Source: Heteronotia binoei
Taxonomy: Eukaryota
DNA: 64,000 bases
Assembly (NCBI RefSeq): GCF_032191835.1
Contig: NC_083233.1
Location: 53,754,001 to 53,818,000 of the forward strand
Direction: 5' to 3'
Shown here: positions 35,281 to 47,721 of the stretch, one piece after another
Position numbering within the stretch: the stretch's first letter is position 1
Layout of the letters: every line of letters begins with the position of its first letter
The notes under the pieces: generated by a model
Seen by the model: the letters and a program-made list of their open reading frames with translations, nothing else
Databases searched by the model: none
What the model was told of the DNA's origin: nothing
Translations under genes and position numbers: made by a program

Positions 35281-36308
35281 AAGAGTGATCATTCTTGTGT
35301 GCTCAAGAGAGTTCTCAAGTTTCCCTACCAAGCTGGCATCAAGAATGATCATTGTTCGAGAACCACTGAAGTAAAAAAAAAAATCTTGGTATGTCTCTTA
35401 AGTGTATCATGTTGATTTTCTTTTGTGAGAAAGACAGGAAATACCAGAAAGGCAAGGATCCTGCTTGAACATGTACTTGCCAACCTATGATGGCAACCTA
35501 TGATGGCCATCTTGCAAATCAAGTTTGCTCAAGTCAAGGGTCCACCTACAGGTGGTCTCACACTAAAGCTCTTTCAGGAGCCTTCTAGTTTTCCAGAGTA
35601 ATGGGTTGGAGCCTACTAGTTTTTCCATTCAGTCTCTCAGTCTCAACAGTGTATATTTAAAGTCAGGACTTTCTGCTGCAGTGTGCATCTCCTTGCAGTT
35701 ACCTGAAGTTCATCTACCAAGTTGTTGCCCACTCACCCAATTTAGATCTTCTGGGAACTTTTCGAACTTCACCTTGGTTTTCATCATCCTGAATAATCTG
35801 GTATGATATCCAAATCTGTGCTATTCAGCTATACTGTTCTCTGTAGCAGTGGTGCAGATAGTATCAATGGTTTCCTGTGCTTTCCTCACAGATGGTGTTT
35901 GATCACTGGGATTGTGCCTTTTTTTGAAGGAAGAGTTTCAGAGGGTCAGCAGTAGATCATAGTTTATGAAGACAATGTTCAAGATGTTCTGAAGTTGATA
36001 GAATATTCCTCTGTTCTTATATGGGGCTCCTGAAAAAGTTAACTGAATGTGAGCAATTTGCAGAAGCTAGATTATCTGAGGTGCAGAAAGTAGATTGTGG
36101 GTCACAGCTATTCCCAACAAAAGGAAGTGCAGACACAGAGTAGGTTATTTAAATTATTTGGGTCTATCATAAGCTCAGAGTTGGGTAGAGGAGCTGTTCT
36201 GCTACTAAATTTAGGAAGCAGTGGTCAAAAAGGCTCCTAAAGACCCTGATTACCAAAATCTCAAAGGAAGGCAAAAGGAAGACAAAAATCTCAAAGGAAG
36301 GCAAACTG

Positions 36309-36582
36309 GAGAGCCAGTTTGGTGTAGTGGTAATGTGTGCGGACTCTTATCTGGGAGAACCGGGTCTGATTCTGCACTCCTCCACTTGCACCTGCTGGCA
36401 TGGCCTTGGGTCAGCCATAGCTCTGGCAGAGGTTGTCCTTGAAAGGGCAGCTGCTGTGAGAGCCTTCTCCAACCCCACCTACCTCACAGGGTGTCTGTTG
36501 TGGGGGAGGAATGTAAAGAAGATTGTGAGCGGCTCTGAGACTCTTCAGAGTGGAGGGCGGGATATAAATCCAATATCATCTT
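36309..36582 (+). mobile_element. Squam3-like SINE
   Basis: Homologous to 30114-30388. Confidence 0.75.
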
Positions 36583-36939
36583 CCAGCTCTCGCCTTTCCA
36601 AGCCCTTGCTCTGTCTAGTCCACAAAAACTGATGTAGTAGAAGTAATTTTTAAACATTGTCTTTAAAGTATCACAGGACTCCTGTTTACCACTTGACTCT
36701 ACAAGACTTAATCCAGTTCTCCAGCCCAATTCCGTTTCTTGCTCCTCTTTGCACACTGTTATCTATTCAACTGATCTGCCCCCTAGTTTTCCCCAGAAAA
36801 AACAACAAATCTTGCTCATTCTTCTCTGCAAGTCTCCTACCGAGGTCTGCTCTTAAGGGAATTAATCTCTTTCCATCCCTTGGAAATCCCTCAGGTGGAC
36901 TACTAGTATTGAACTCAAGGTGGTCCGCCTGTATATGAG

Positions 36940-37600
36940 AATAGGGAAGAGAGGCCTGACTGGAAAGCCGTGAAAAGAAGTGTCTCAGAGAAGCGAACGG
37001 CTTTTCCTCCCGGTTACTAGTCCGTGCCCCTTGCCCCCCACTAGGATTTCTAAAATCGGCCTTCATTCAGTGCATACTTCCTCGGGAGTAAGCCTTCTCG
37101 AACCCAGGGGCCTTTCGCCAAGCAAAGCCCCCCAGACCGGTCGGCACTTCCTTTCTGGTGGGAGGCAGAATTTCTCCTTAGTCGCCGCAGGGAAGGCTGC
37201 GAAGGAGGCGGGCCAGGCAGGCCGGCCATGATGGCGGCTGCGGAAGCTGCTTCGGCGCCGGTGCTGCTCTCCTGCCTACTGGGCCATTTGGGGGGGCTGC
37301 TGGTAGCGGCTGGGCAGGGCTCGGGGGCCGCGGGCCAGGCCCAAGTGGAGGTGCTTCTGCTGCCACCGCCGGCCGAGGAGCTGACTGAGGCCGACGAGAG
37401 TTACACCCTGCAGGGCGCGCTGCTGGGCAGGCCCGGCCTGGAGCGGGAGAAGCCGCAGCAAAAAGCCGGCGAGGAGGAGGAGGAGGAAGAAGAAGAAGAG
37501 CAGGAGGAGATCCGGGGCAGCCTGGTGCTGGTGAGCGGACCTCGAGGCTGCCTTGCCCGGGGGTAGGGAGGGATTCCCCCTGCCCCCTCCCGGGAATCAA
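36940..37600. promoter_or_regulatory. CpG island at the RNF215 start
   Basis: High GC and CpG density spanning the ATG and exon 1. Confidence 0.8.
37228..37530 (+). CDS. RNF215: RING finger protein 215, coding exon 1
   Basis: Kozak GCCATGA, hydrophobic signal-like segment, ends IRGSLVL at donor gtgagc. The ten exons total 1131 nt (376 aa). Confidence 0.85.
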
Positions 37601-38647
37601 TGGCTACCCCAAGTGTAGACCACCCTCTTACCTCAACCCAAATCGGAGAGGGTTATGTGCAGGTATGGGGACTGCCCCTGCTTCCCATCCGGCATGTGGG
37701 GCGCCCTGATCTGCATCCGTTTGAATGGAGCATAATTAACTCATCATTGTTAACCCCACTTCGCAGCCAAAATTGGCTTCCATCGCAATAAATACAACAC
37801 ATAAGGAGGCCGCAATTTTAAGGGATACTTGAGTCTCTGGCAGGCAGGTGATACCGTATAATATAGGCCAGCTTCCAGATTCTTGTCTCTGCAGGGAGAC
37901 CGGAGGGTTGGCTAATGGCAAAGATGCCAAAGCGACGGAAGCAGCCTTTATTTTGGGAAGGCTGCACTAGGCGTCCCCCTTCTGGTGCGCCCTCAACAAA
38001 AAGTCTGCCCTGGATCCGCAGCTTTTTTTATTCTGCCAAGTGTTGAATTGCACCCCCCTTCAAATGGCTGTCCTAGAATCTTTGTGCGTCTGTTTCCTTC
38101 TTGAAAGTAAAATACACATTATCAGGATTTCTTAAATTTAAAGTTTTTTAATTTATAGATTTCTAGAATATGGGATGCTCCCCTTTCAAAATAAAAAGCA
38201 CTGGCAACGACTGGCACATCTACCCTCCAATAAAAATATGCCTTAAGGCCTATGTCTGATCATAATTAAAGGAATTTTGGCCCAAGCCACCATCATTCTC
38301 AAATGTACACATCTCCTTCTATAGCCAAGGGACATGCAGTTGGGTTGGCTTGTTGAAGGCCTGTTCCCATAAACACCCAGATCTAGCAGTTCTTGCCTTG
38401 GCACATCTTTTTCTTTCCCAGCTCAGTTATTCACAAGAATGCCCACTGGTATTTGATGGCAGGTGAAACGGCCCAGATAAGAGATTTCTGGAAATGTTGA
38501 AACCAACAGAAAATTGGAGGGTTTTACCCCTCACCCCCCCCCCCAAAATTAATACTATATTATCATCATATATATTTTAGCATATTTGTGGACAAAAATT
38601 ATTCTCGTTTGAACACTAAATATGCTTGAAAGTATGTTGTATATGAG

Positions 38648-39472
38648 TAGGGTTGCCAAGTCCAATTAAAGAAAAATCTGGGGACTTTGGGGGTGGAGCC
38701 AGGAGACTTTGGGGGTGGAGCCAGGAGACATGGGGGTGGAGCCAAAAACAAGGATGTGACAAGCATAATTGAACTCCAAGGGAGTTCTGGCCATCACATT
38801 TAAAGAGACAGCACACCTTTTAAAATGCCTTTCTTCCATAGGAAATAATTAAGGATAGGGGCACCATCTTTTGGGGCTCATAGAATTGGACCCTCTGGTC
38901 CAATCGTTTTGAAACTTGGGGGGTATTTTGGGGAGAGGCACTAGATGCTATACTGAAAATTTGGTGCCTCTACCTCAAAAAAATAGCCCCCCAGAGCCCC
39001 CAATACCCACGGATCAATTTCCTATTATTCCCTATGGGAATCGTTCTCCATAGGGAATAATAGAGTGCCCAGTAGACATTTCCCTCCCCCCCCCCACGCT
39101 TTCTAAAGGGGGGGGGAGAGGGCCTCCAAACCAGGGAATCCACTGCCCCCTCCCTCTCTCACACACACACACACACACACACTTACCAGATCTTCTTCCG
39201 GAGAACTCTTGCTGTGGAAACGAAAGCAAAAGAAAGGGCGGGGCCGTTCTCCCAAGCCCTTCCTGCTTCCTCCCCAGCCTTAAAGGGACAGAAGCAGCCC
39301 TTCCTGCTTCCTCCCCAGCCTTAAAGGGGCTCAGGAGCTCTGCAACATGAAGCCTACAGGTATGTTCTCCCCCCCCTCCACCCCCCACCCCCGCCTCCAG
39401 AGTTTTGAAGAGCGGGAGATTAGGCTGTGAACCCAGAACTCTCCCGCCAGAGCGGGAGGGTTGGGAAGCCTA
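38648..39472 (+). mobile_element. Non-autonomous Blackjack-like hAT, subfamily B, in RNF215 intron 1
   Basis: Perfect TSD TATATGAG; near-identical to 2268-3064. Confidence 0.9.
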
Positions 39473-39774
39473 TATATGAGTATGCATAGGAATTATTATT
39501 ATCTGATTATCTAGATTGGTGGTATTCTGTGGCTTGCCAAGAGCCACATTCACAGTTGCCATTAACCAGAAGACCCACATTTACTTCCATTCCTGGCACA
39601 AAGTATGCACCTCACAGAGGATTTCACCTGATCCATCTATCCCATCAGGCAATGGCCTTGGTCCTCTGCCCTGAAACATGGGGCAGGTGCCACATTGGGA
39701 AACAGTGCTCAGAAGAGCTACAGGTAGCATGTCAAAGAGCCACGTGTGACTCCTGAGCCGCTGAGTATCACTGA

Positions 39775-40240
39775 TGTATTTATTTATTTGGTTCACTTAT
39801 ATTCCGCCCTTTCCCAGACGGGCTCAGGGCGGATCACATACAGATAAAAACCAGTCACATATAATAAAACCAATAAATACAATTAAAACAGCAGCATTAC
39901 ATCAACATTAAATAGCAGAGGCGGTTAGCACATAGTGCAAATTTAGGTGTAATCATTCAGTGGCCCGGATATAAAGGTTCAGATGATAGATCATTGTGGA
40001 GGAGGGCAACAGAGTAGAGGACGCCCGCCTGCCTCAACTGAACGCCTGGTGGAACAGCTCTGTCTTACAGGCTCTGCGGAAGGGTAACAAATCCAGCAGG
40101 GCCTGTACCTCCACTGGGAGCTGATTCCACCAGGTCCTAGTCGAGGTAAAGCAGACGTCCCTGGGCCAGGGATAACCAAAAGGTGTTGGTTAGCCGATCG
40201 CAACGCCCTTCAGGGCTCATAGGGGGAGAGGCGGTTCTGC
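39775..40240 (-). mobile_element. L2-clade LINE 3' fragment
   Basis: (AAAT)n tail on minus strand preceded by an L2-type 3' end and ORF2 remnant. Confidence 0.6.
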
Positions 40241-40845
40241 AGGTAGATTGTATTACAAAAGAAAATCTTCACAGTACACAATTAGTTTGAATAAAAGCTT
40301 ATATTATAAAAAAATTAACTCATTCCAAATGGGAGAATATTTCACAGAAATCCCCCCCCCAAAAAAATATTTCCAGTTTTTGTTCTGGAAAAATGGATTA
40401 GGAGAGGGTCCATGGGAGAAAAACTTGATTAAAGAATTATTTACACAGTTGCAGTTAGGGTGGCACTCGATGACTTTGGGTGCTGATGGGCAGCTGGTCA
40501 AAAGGTTTTGTGGGTTACAAAAGTAAGGCCTGGTTCTGATGTGAAGAAACTATCACGTTTTTATCGTGTGCTTCCTTCAGAGAACACAAGATGGGTGTAC
40601 GTAGTTTTCTCTTCCCTTTTTATTCCTTTCAACTACACTGTGAGGTAGATTAGGCTGAGAGAGTGACTGACCCAAGGTCACCCAGAGAGCTTGACTGAGC
40701 AGGGGGGATCCTTGGGCTCATGTGATCCCTCCCTAATGCTCAACAATTAAAACATTCACAGCAACCTACAGCTGGTTATTACACTTGACTTCACATTCAT
40801 TTGCTCACTTACAAAGCAGGATTCCAAGCTATGGGGCTGCTGTAT

Positions 40846-41055
40846 GAACATATGAAGCTGCCTTCTACTGAATCAGACCCTTGGTCCATCAAAGTCAGTA
40901 TTGTCTTCTCAGACTGGCAATGGCTCCCCAGGATCTCAAGCTGAGGTTTTTCACACCTATTTGCCTGGACCCTTTTTTGGAGATGCCAGGGATTGAACCT
41001 GGGACCTTCTGCTTCCCAAGCAGATGCTCTATCATTGAGCCACCGTCCCTCCCCA
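40846..41055 (-). mobile_element. tRNA-derived SINE (~210 bp); related partial copies near 20106, 27341, 27820, 33536
   Basis: A box TGGCTCAATGAT, B box GGTTCAATCCC, (TTCATA)n tail. Confidence 0.75.
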
Positions 41056-41182
41056 TTAGTGAAAGCATTTAATTAGATTGCTGTGCACAACATGAGGAGT
41101 GAGTGTGCGAGCCAAGTGTCACATAGTGACAAATGCTGGGTCAATCTGGACCTCAACGAGAGTGCCTTCCCTTTTTTTTCAG

Positions 41183-41311
41183 GTAGGGGATACTGACCCC
41201 AAATTGGGGGATGATGATGGATGGATTGGCGTTGTTCCAGTAGGTGAGGAACAGACTGAGATTTCCAGAGGCAGCAGAGAAGAATCTTTCACCACAGCTG
41301 TGGTCAACAAG
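41183..41311 (+). CDS. RNF215: RNF215 coding exon 2
   Basis: VGDTDPKLGDDDGWIGVVPVG...AVVNK; tttcag/gtaaat. Confidence 0.85.
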
Positions 41312-42012
41312 GTAAATTTGCCATGCTTGCTACTCTGACTCTATAAAACGCATATTTATCTCACATCATAAAAGGATGATCTATGTGTGTGAATACCTAT
41401 TGCAGACATAGTTATCACAAGCAGAGCTGCTTTTGTATCTCATTGTCTTGAATGCAATGACTTTCAATAGAGGCAGGTCACATGTTCAGTTACCAGTAAT
41501 CAAATGTTGCACTGGTATGTGCGAATCAGCCCCGTCTTCAGGGAAACCACGTGGCTTCTCTGTGAGACTGGACAGCTGGAGGGGAGAATGTTTTTGACAA
41601 ATAATATGGAACTGTTTGTGCTGTTGACCAGGCTGATGCATACTCTGGGCCAAGGTAACTCAAATTCTCTATCAAGAATGGGCAGCATTCTGCAACTTGA
41701 CCAAGTGAAGTAGTTGGGTGTTTAGGATTGCACTGTTAGACTGCAAACCTGTGGATTTTTTGGAGTAAATGTGCTTAGAATCAAGTTGCTAGACAGCTTC
41801 CGCTGGTTGTGTGGATAGGATGCGGAGCGACACAATCTTCTGAAGTTCTAGCATGAGGTACTACAAATTGAGGGAAAATGGGGGGGTGGGACCAGTGCAG
41901 CCTTGGTAAACTAGTAGAAGCAAACAAGGATCTGTAATACTTTTTCTCTGGAGGTGTTAGAAACTCAAGTGAGGTGTTATTCACTTTTTCTCTGTGGCAT
42001 CTTCCTTTGCAG

Positions 42013-42084
42013 ATGAAGCGGGCCCTCGTCTTGGGGGCCTCAGCCCTGCTTATTCTTGCACTGAACCAGAATGCAATCCGAGAG
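42013..42084 (+). CDS. RNF215: RNF215 coding exon 3
   Basis: MKRALVLGASALLILALNQNAIRE (cf. human [24 protein letters not shown]). Confidence 0.95.
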
Positions 42085-42190
42085 GTAAGTGCTTGTCACC
42101 CCCTTCTTCTTGCTAAGAGCCGGAACGGTCTAGAAGGGCTGATAGCTGCCCCAACAGCCTCAGTGACTCTTGCTTTCCTTCCTGCTGCAG

Positions 42191-42276
42191 TTGGATGTGT
42201 CCCAGGTTCTCTCAAAGCCTGTGATCGTCATCCAGACTTCAGAAAATGTTACCAAGCTCCTTGGAGCATTGTTGCG
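42191..42276 (+). CDS. RNF215: RNF215 coding exon 4
   Basis: LDVSQVLSKPVIVIQTSENVTKLLGALL; cag/gtaag; ends phase 2. Confidence 0.95.
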
Positions 42277-43708
42277 GTAAGACTGGCTGTGCTGGGCATT
42301 CACGGGAGAGGGCAGGGGCTATGGTTTTGTTTCACCTGCTACTTCAAGCGTGTAAACCTTTGGTGAATTTGAATTGACAGCAGGCAATCAGGCTGTGACA
42401 CACTATTTTACATGCACCCAGTCTAGAAGTCAACACTGCATTCAGCTCTTGGAGAGATAAAGCCTCATTCGGCTGAATATAGCACCACATGATCTCTAAG
42501 TAGGTCTCCTAATTAGATGAGCTGGACCCACAAATCAAGGGAACTTTTGCTGGTTGCGCAGTATCTCCACCATCATATTTTGCATTGGATGAGGCTGAAG
42601 AGTGGCAGCAGGCTGCATCTGTAGGGTCAGGGGCCATAGAGAAACAGCAAAAGGAGGAGAGAGACTGTCAGAATGCCTGGCCAGTAGGAAGGGTTTGGAG
42701 GAAGGAGGGCTGCTGAGGAATTGGGCTGGTTAGTATGAGGTGTGGCTTCAGGCAAGAAGAACAGAATAAAAGGGCAGGAATGAGGGCATGGGTGGGGGAG
42801 AACAGAGTAAGTTTGCCAGCAGGTCTAGAGTAAAATGTCCTGTCATTTTAATAGAAGCTTAATATGTGGATAAGAGACCAAAGGTTTTCATGGCAATAAA
42901 AAAAAAAATCACCTGGTAAACATCCCACTAAGCATCTATTAAGAACTCATTTTTTTCTCCAGACAGTTGGCAACCCTATAAAGGGATGGGAGCTGGCTTG
43001 GAGGAAGGAGGGGATCTTCTTCAGGACTAAATGTGGATTAATTTAGTTGTCAGATTGTTATGGAAGCTGTGTCTTGATTTGGTTTGTAGTCTTTCCCCAT
43101 AGTTGATGGTGTTGTAATGTTTGAAAAGAGCAAAATTTACAATAAAATATACAGCTTAAAAGAAGGGAGGGGGAAAAATCTCCAACCCTCCTCCAGTTTG
43201 CTGAGGAAGCAGAACCAAAATGTAATAGCAGCGGTGCATGCTAGTGGGATGTATTAGGTGAACAAATTAATTTGAATCTACTATGCCTTTTTTGAGTGTT
43301 TTGCACTGCAATTCTAAACAGTTATGTTAACTTAATTGGTGTAAATCTACTTAGAATTGCATTGTTAGCTTTCTAACTTACTCACATCCAAGGGTCTGGA
43401 CCACAGCATAATGGGTGGAAAGTGGAGTCCAATCCACTCACATTGTGATTTGTGGTTACAGTGCAAGATAGAATTTCTTAAAACATGCTTGGGCCTACGA
43501 GGTTGGTATGGGTGAGGGACCCTCCTCTTTTGTATAGGCCTTTTGCTCGGGGGGGGGGAGATTAATTTTACTCTGTAGGGAGGGCAGGCTTCCTGTAGGT
43601 CAAGAAATGTGGTGTTCCTTCCTTCTACTTCAGTTGGTGTTGGGTCTCAAGTATAGGGCAGAGAAACTGATGGATCTAACTTTTCTCAATTTTTTTTTTT
43701 GCCTGCAG

Positions 43709-43763
43709 AGGTCTCCGGGCAACAGCAAAAATCACGTACCAAGCTGTGCTGCTGGAGAATGTG
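43709..43763 (+). CDS. RNF215: RNF215 coding exon 5
   Basis: GLRATAKITYQAVLLENV; phase 2 to 0. Confidence 0.85.
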
Positions 43764-44374
43764 GTATGCCGTCAGCAATGGAGAAGGCTTTTATCCTCTT
43801 ACTAGAGAGAGGCCTTGCATATTATATATTTGTATTCAGCCTTTTCACTGGTTTATTATTTCTATGCTGTGTAAAACTTCTTTGCAAGCCACTGGCTTGT
43901 TTTCATAAGTCAACATGCAGTATTTCATGAGGCCATACTATAGGTGTATGTAGATGGCATGTTATAAATACCACTGTGACTTGGTGGTTAGAGTGTTAGG
44001 TGAGTCACTCTGTTATAGCCTCACAGGGACATTGGGACAAAATTGAGGAGGGAGAACCGCATTGATTCCTCGTAGAAAATGTGGAATAAAAAAGTGGGAA
44101 GAGTAGGATGCGATGCTCTGACTTCTTACACATTTGCTATAAGGTGATTTCCTCTGGCTGTAGATACAACTAGATGGTAGAAGTGACTGGTCTTTCTAAT
44201 AGTCACAGCTGCTGACTTGAAGATTATATAGCAGTCCTTGTGTTAGAAGCATGTTTTGAAATCTTCCTGAGTGTATGGATGTGCATCTAGTCTGGACTCT
44301 TGCATGCTGAATGTTCCCTTAATCTTTTTCCCTTGCTGAGTGTGCGAATACATTTCTGCATGTTTCATTTTTAG

Positions 44375-44479
44375 GGGGTGACTTTGACTCTGTGGTCAAC
44401 CTGTGGCCTCTCCCGAGGCGGCCTGTATGGAGAATGGCAGGGAGTCATCTGTACAGGAGAGAACAGCTCGAGAGTCCAG
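44375..44479 (+). CDS. RNF215: RNF215 coding exon 6
   Basis: GVTLTLWSTCGLSRGGLYGEWQGVICTGENSSRVQ. Confidence 0.9.
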
Positions 44480-45567
44480 GTTTGTGCCCTCTAAGGTGTC
44501 TTGCATAAAAAGTTTGGACACAGGGATCCTGAGAAGCATGTAAGGGTGTGATATTCCTCCCCCCTGCCCGCATTTGCCATAAAAGCCATCATATGTTTTC
44601 TCGGAGACCCTTGGGAATTGTACTTTTATGAAAGCACAGGCAATTTTCTCCCTTCACAGAATTACAAGATCAGGGTTTCTAGGTCAGGAAATTGGGAAGT
44701 TAATTTGTCTTGAAGTTTGCTAGAACTTATAGTATGTATATGACTGGGTGCTTCAGCAAATACAACATTTTTGCTGGCCCTTGCAGTTCTTTTGAGCCAT
44801 TTTAGCATCTCATTCATACCAGAGCTTCCATCTGTAGAACTGAAATACTTGATCACTATTATATTACACTGAAGTACATTGTGTGATTATTCGTCTAGCT
44901 GTCTATGGATGGCATTATTGCCTCTTATTACAGTATTGGTAGATCCCCTTTACAGCGGGAATGTTTCATCCTCCCCCCCCCCCAATCTTTTAGGTCACAG
45001 ATTACATTAATACCTCCAGTAGACATAATGCCTGACTAACAGAAATACTTTGGAGTACCTTGGGTTGTTTTCCTTCTGCTCTCAAAAAGCATCCCATCAG
45101 CTGACTCCTTAGAGTGCAATTGGCCACCAGAAGGGATGGACCGTGGCTCATCATTTTATTATATCCTAATAAAGCTGAGAGCTGTTGTACTATAGTTCAG
45201 AGTGGGACCAGAGAAACCTGGGTCAGGATTGGTGAGTCCTGAAACTTATTGTCACCTTGGACCAGTCACACTTTTATACTAATCTACCCCACAGGGCTGG
45301 GAGGATAAAACAACTCTACTGCTTGCACTAAGGGTGGAATGAAAATGAGATAGATTACCCTGCAGGTGCTTTTTAATGTTGCTTTCCTTTTGTATGAAAA
45401 CACTGCTACCTCCATGTCTAGTTTAGACTCATTTTTTAAAACTAACATTGAAAATTACCTCTTCTATTGAAGTTAATGGGCTTAGAAATGTGTAACTCCG
45501 CTTGAGGATGTCACTGTTGATATTTATCCAGTCTTCGAGTCATGGTTCTTATACGGTCTCTTTGCAG

Positions 45568-45684
45568 AAGTACCTCCAGCAGCTGTGGAACGCCATCCTG
45601 CTGATCGCTCTAATCCTGTGCACAGGAGTGATTGTGCAGGCGCAGCGGCAGTCCCGCCATAGCCAGCTGGACCAAGAGTCTGAG
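45568..45684 (+). CDS. RNF215: RNF215 coding exon 7 (transmembrane helix)
   Basis: KYLQQLWNAILLIALILCTGVIVQAQRQSR. Confidence 0.95.
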
Positions 45685-45773
45685 GTGTGTGTCCCCCGCC
45701 CCATCCTGCTCATTCAGAAGGAGGACTGCAGTGCATTACTAGAAGGGCCTCAACCTGGTTTTCCCTTTTGTAG

Positions 45774-45911
45774 CTGGACCTAAAGCAGCACATTGCACGA
45801 AGACTGTCAGCACTGAAAACCCGCCGCTACCACCCTGGCAAGCTGCCTCGGAGCTGGGCTCACGAGATTGACAGCTGTGCCATCTGTCTGGACAAATTTC
45901 ACAAGAACCAG
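45774..45911 (+). CDS. RNF215: RNF215 coding exon 8 (start of RING-H2)
   Basis: LDLKQHIARRLSALKTRR...CAICLDKFHKNQ. Confidence 0.95.
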
Positions 45912-46338
45912 GTAACATTTGGCATGAGACAAGAATCTGTCTCAGAAAGCAGTAACATTAACATGTACGTACCTTGACCTTTAAAAAATATAATCACATT
46001 TTAGATGGAGAATTCCTACATGTTCCAAACCACAATTTGAAAACCACCAAGCTATGTAGATTGACTTGCCCTGTGCCCTCACTTAATTGCATGCAGAATG
46101 TCCAGGTTCAGACTCCAGCATTGCCAGTTAAAAGGATCACAATAGCTGCTGGGAAAGACCTTTCTCTGCCTGGGACCCTGGAGAGCAGCTGCCAAATGAC
46201 AGAAGATGATAATAGGCTTGATAGACTTGGTATAGTGCAACTTCCTGGTCTCCTTTCAGATGGGAACCAGAAACTATGTGAAACTCTCCTATTTTCCCCT
46301 GTGTCTATGAGTTGAGCTGTTTGTGGTGCAAATGACCT

Positions 46339-46932
46339 TAGAACATAAGAGAAATTACGGTGGATTAGGCCAATGGCTTATCCAGTCCAGCACTGTGTGT
46401 AACACAGTGACCAAAACACAGGTGCCATCATGACATCCACCAGCAGGGCCAGAACTCCAGAAGCCCTCCCATTGTTGCCCCCCCAGCACCAAGAATACAG
46501 AGGATCACTGCCCCAGACATAGTGTTTCATCTATATCTTGTGGCTAATTGTCACTAATGGATCTGTGCTCCATCTGTTTTACGCAATCCCCTCTTGAAGC
46601 TGTCTATGCTCGTAGCCACCACCACTTCTTGTGGCAGTGAATTCCACATGTTAATTACTGTTTGGGTGAAGAAGTACTTCCTTTTATCTGTTTTAAGCTT
46701 ACTTCTCATTAATTTCATTGAGTGCCCATGAGTTCTGGTGTTGTGAGAAAGGGAGAAAAGTACTTCTTTCCTTACCTTCTTTATCCCATGCATAATTTTG
46801 TAAACTTCTGTCATGTCACCCCTCAATTGTCATTTCTCCAAGCTAAAGGGTCCTAACCTCTTTAACCTTTCTTCATAGGGGAGGCATTCTAACCCTTTAA
46901 TAATTTTAGTTGCCCTTTTCTGCACCTTTTTG
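46339..46932 (-). mobile_element. CR1 LINE 3' end (RNF215 intron 8)
   Basis: RGDMTEVYKIMHG...RGHSMKL...KRKYFFTQ.VINMWNSLPQEVV plus CR1 3' UTR. Confidence 0.9.
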
Positions 46933-47109
46933 AGGTCTTGCCATGTACCTGGTGGGGGGGTGTGTGTGTCAAATTAAATGGCAGCTTGCTCTTTTCCCTC
47001 TGACCTGGCAATCAAGGTGCCCAGCCCTGTAGAGAGCAACTTTCTGGTTTGCCATTTGGCTTGTGTAGTCCAAGCCTTCAGCACAGCCCGTCCTTCTCTG
47101 CTTGCTTGA

Positions 47110-47301
<192 letters not shown>

Positions 47302-47721
47302 TAGTAAGCCAGGCCCACAGCTTAGAACAAGGACTCTTGCAAGACCAAGACATCTACCTCTTGTTTTCCATAGTCCTGCCTTGTGGAGCTGGGTGCGAGC
47401 AGGTGGAAAGGAATGATGCTTCCTCCAAGCCTGCCTCACAGCTGCGTCCTTGAATTCCAAATATGTTAGAGGTGGCTGTGACTATGTGGGAGAAAGAGAA
47501 CAACATTCAATATATTCTTAGAGGCAATAATTGTAGTTTCATATATTCCCTGGTTTCAAAACCCCGTTTCCAGGTTCGGGCCTTGCACTGAACATTGGTG
47601 TGAGTTTGATTGATGTGCTCTGCTCAATTATGATCCCACAACTTATTCTGGGTAGGAATGTCACTTGGAGCGAATCCTAATCATGTAGCTGTCTAGATCT
47701 GCACTACAACCAGAAGGTCAT

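Noticed and set aside
37178-37600. 140-aa antisense ORF over RNF215 exon 1
   Set aside because: Typical GC-rich CpG-island shadow ORF with low-complexity Pro/Ala content.
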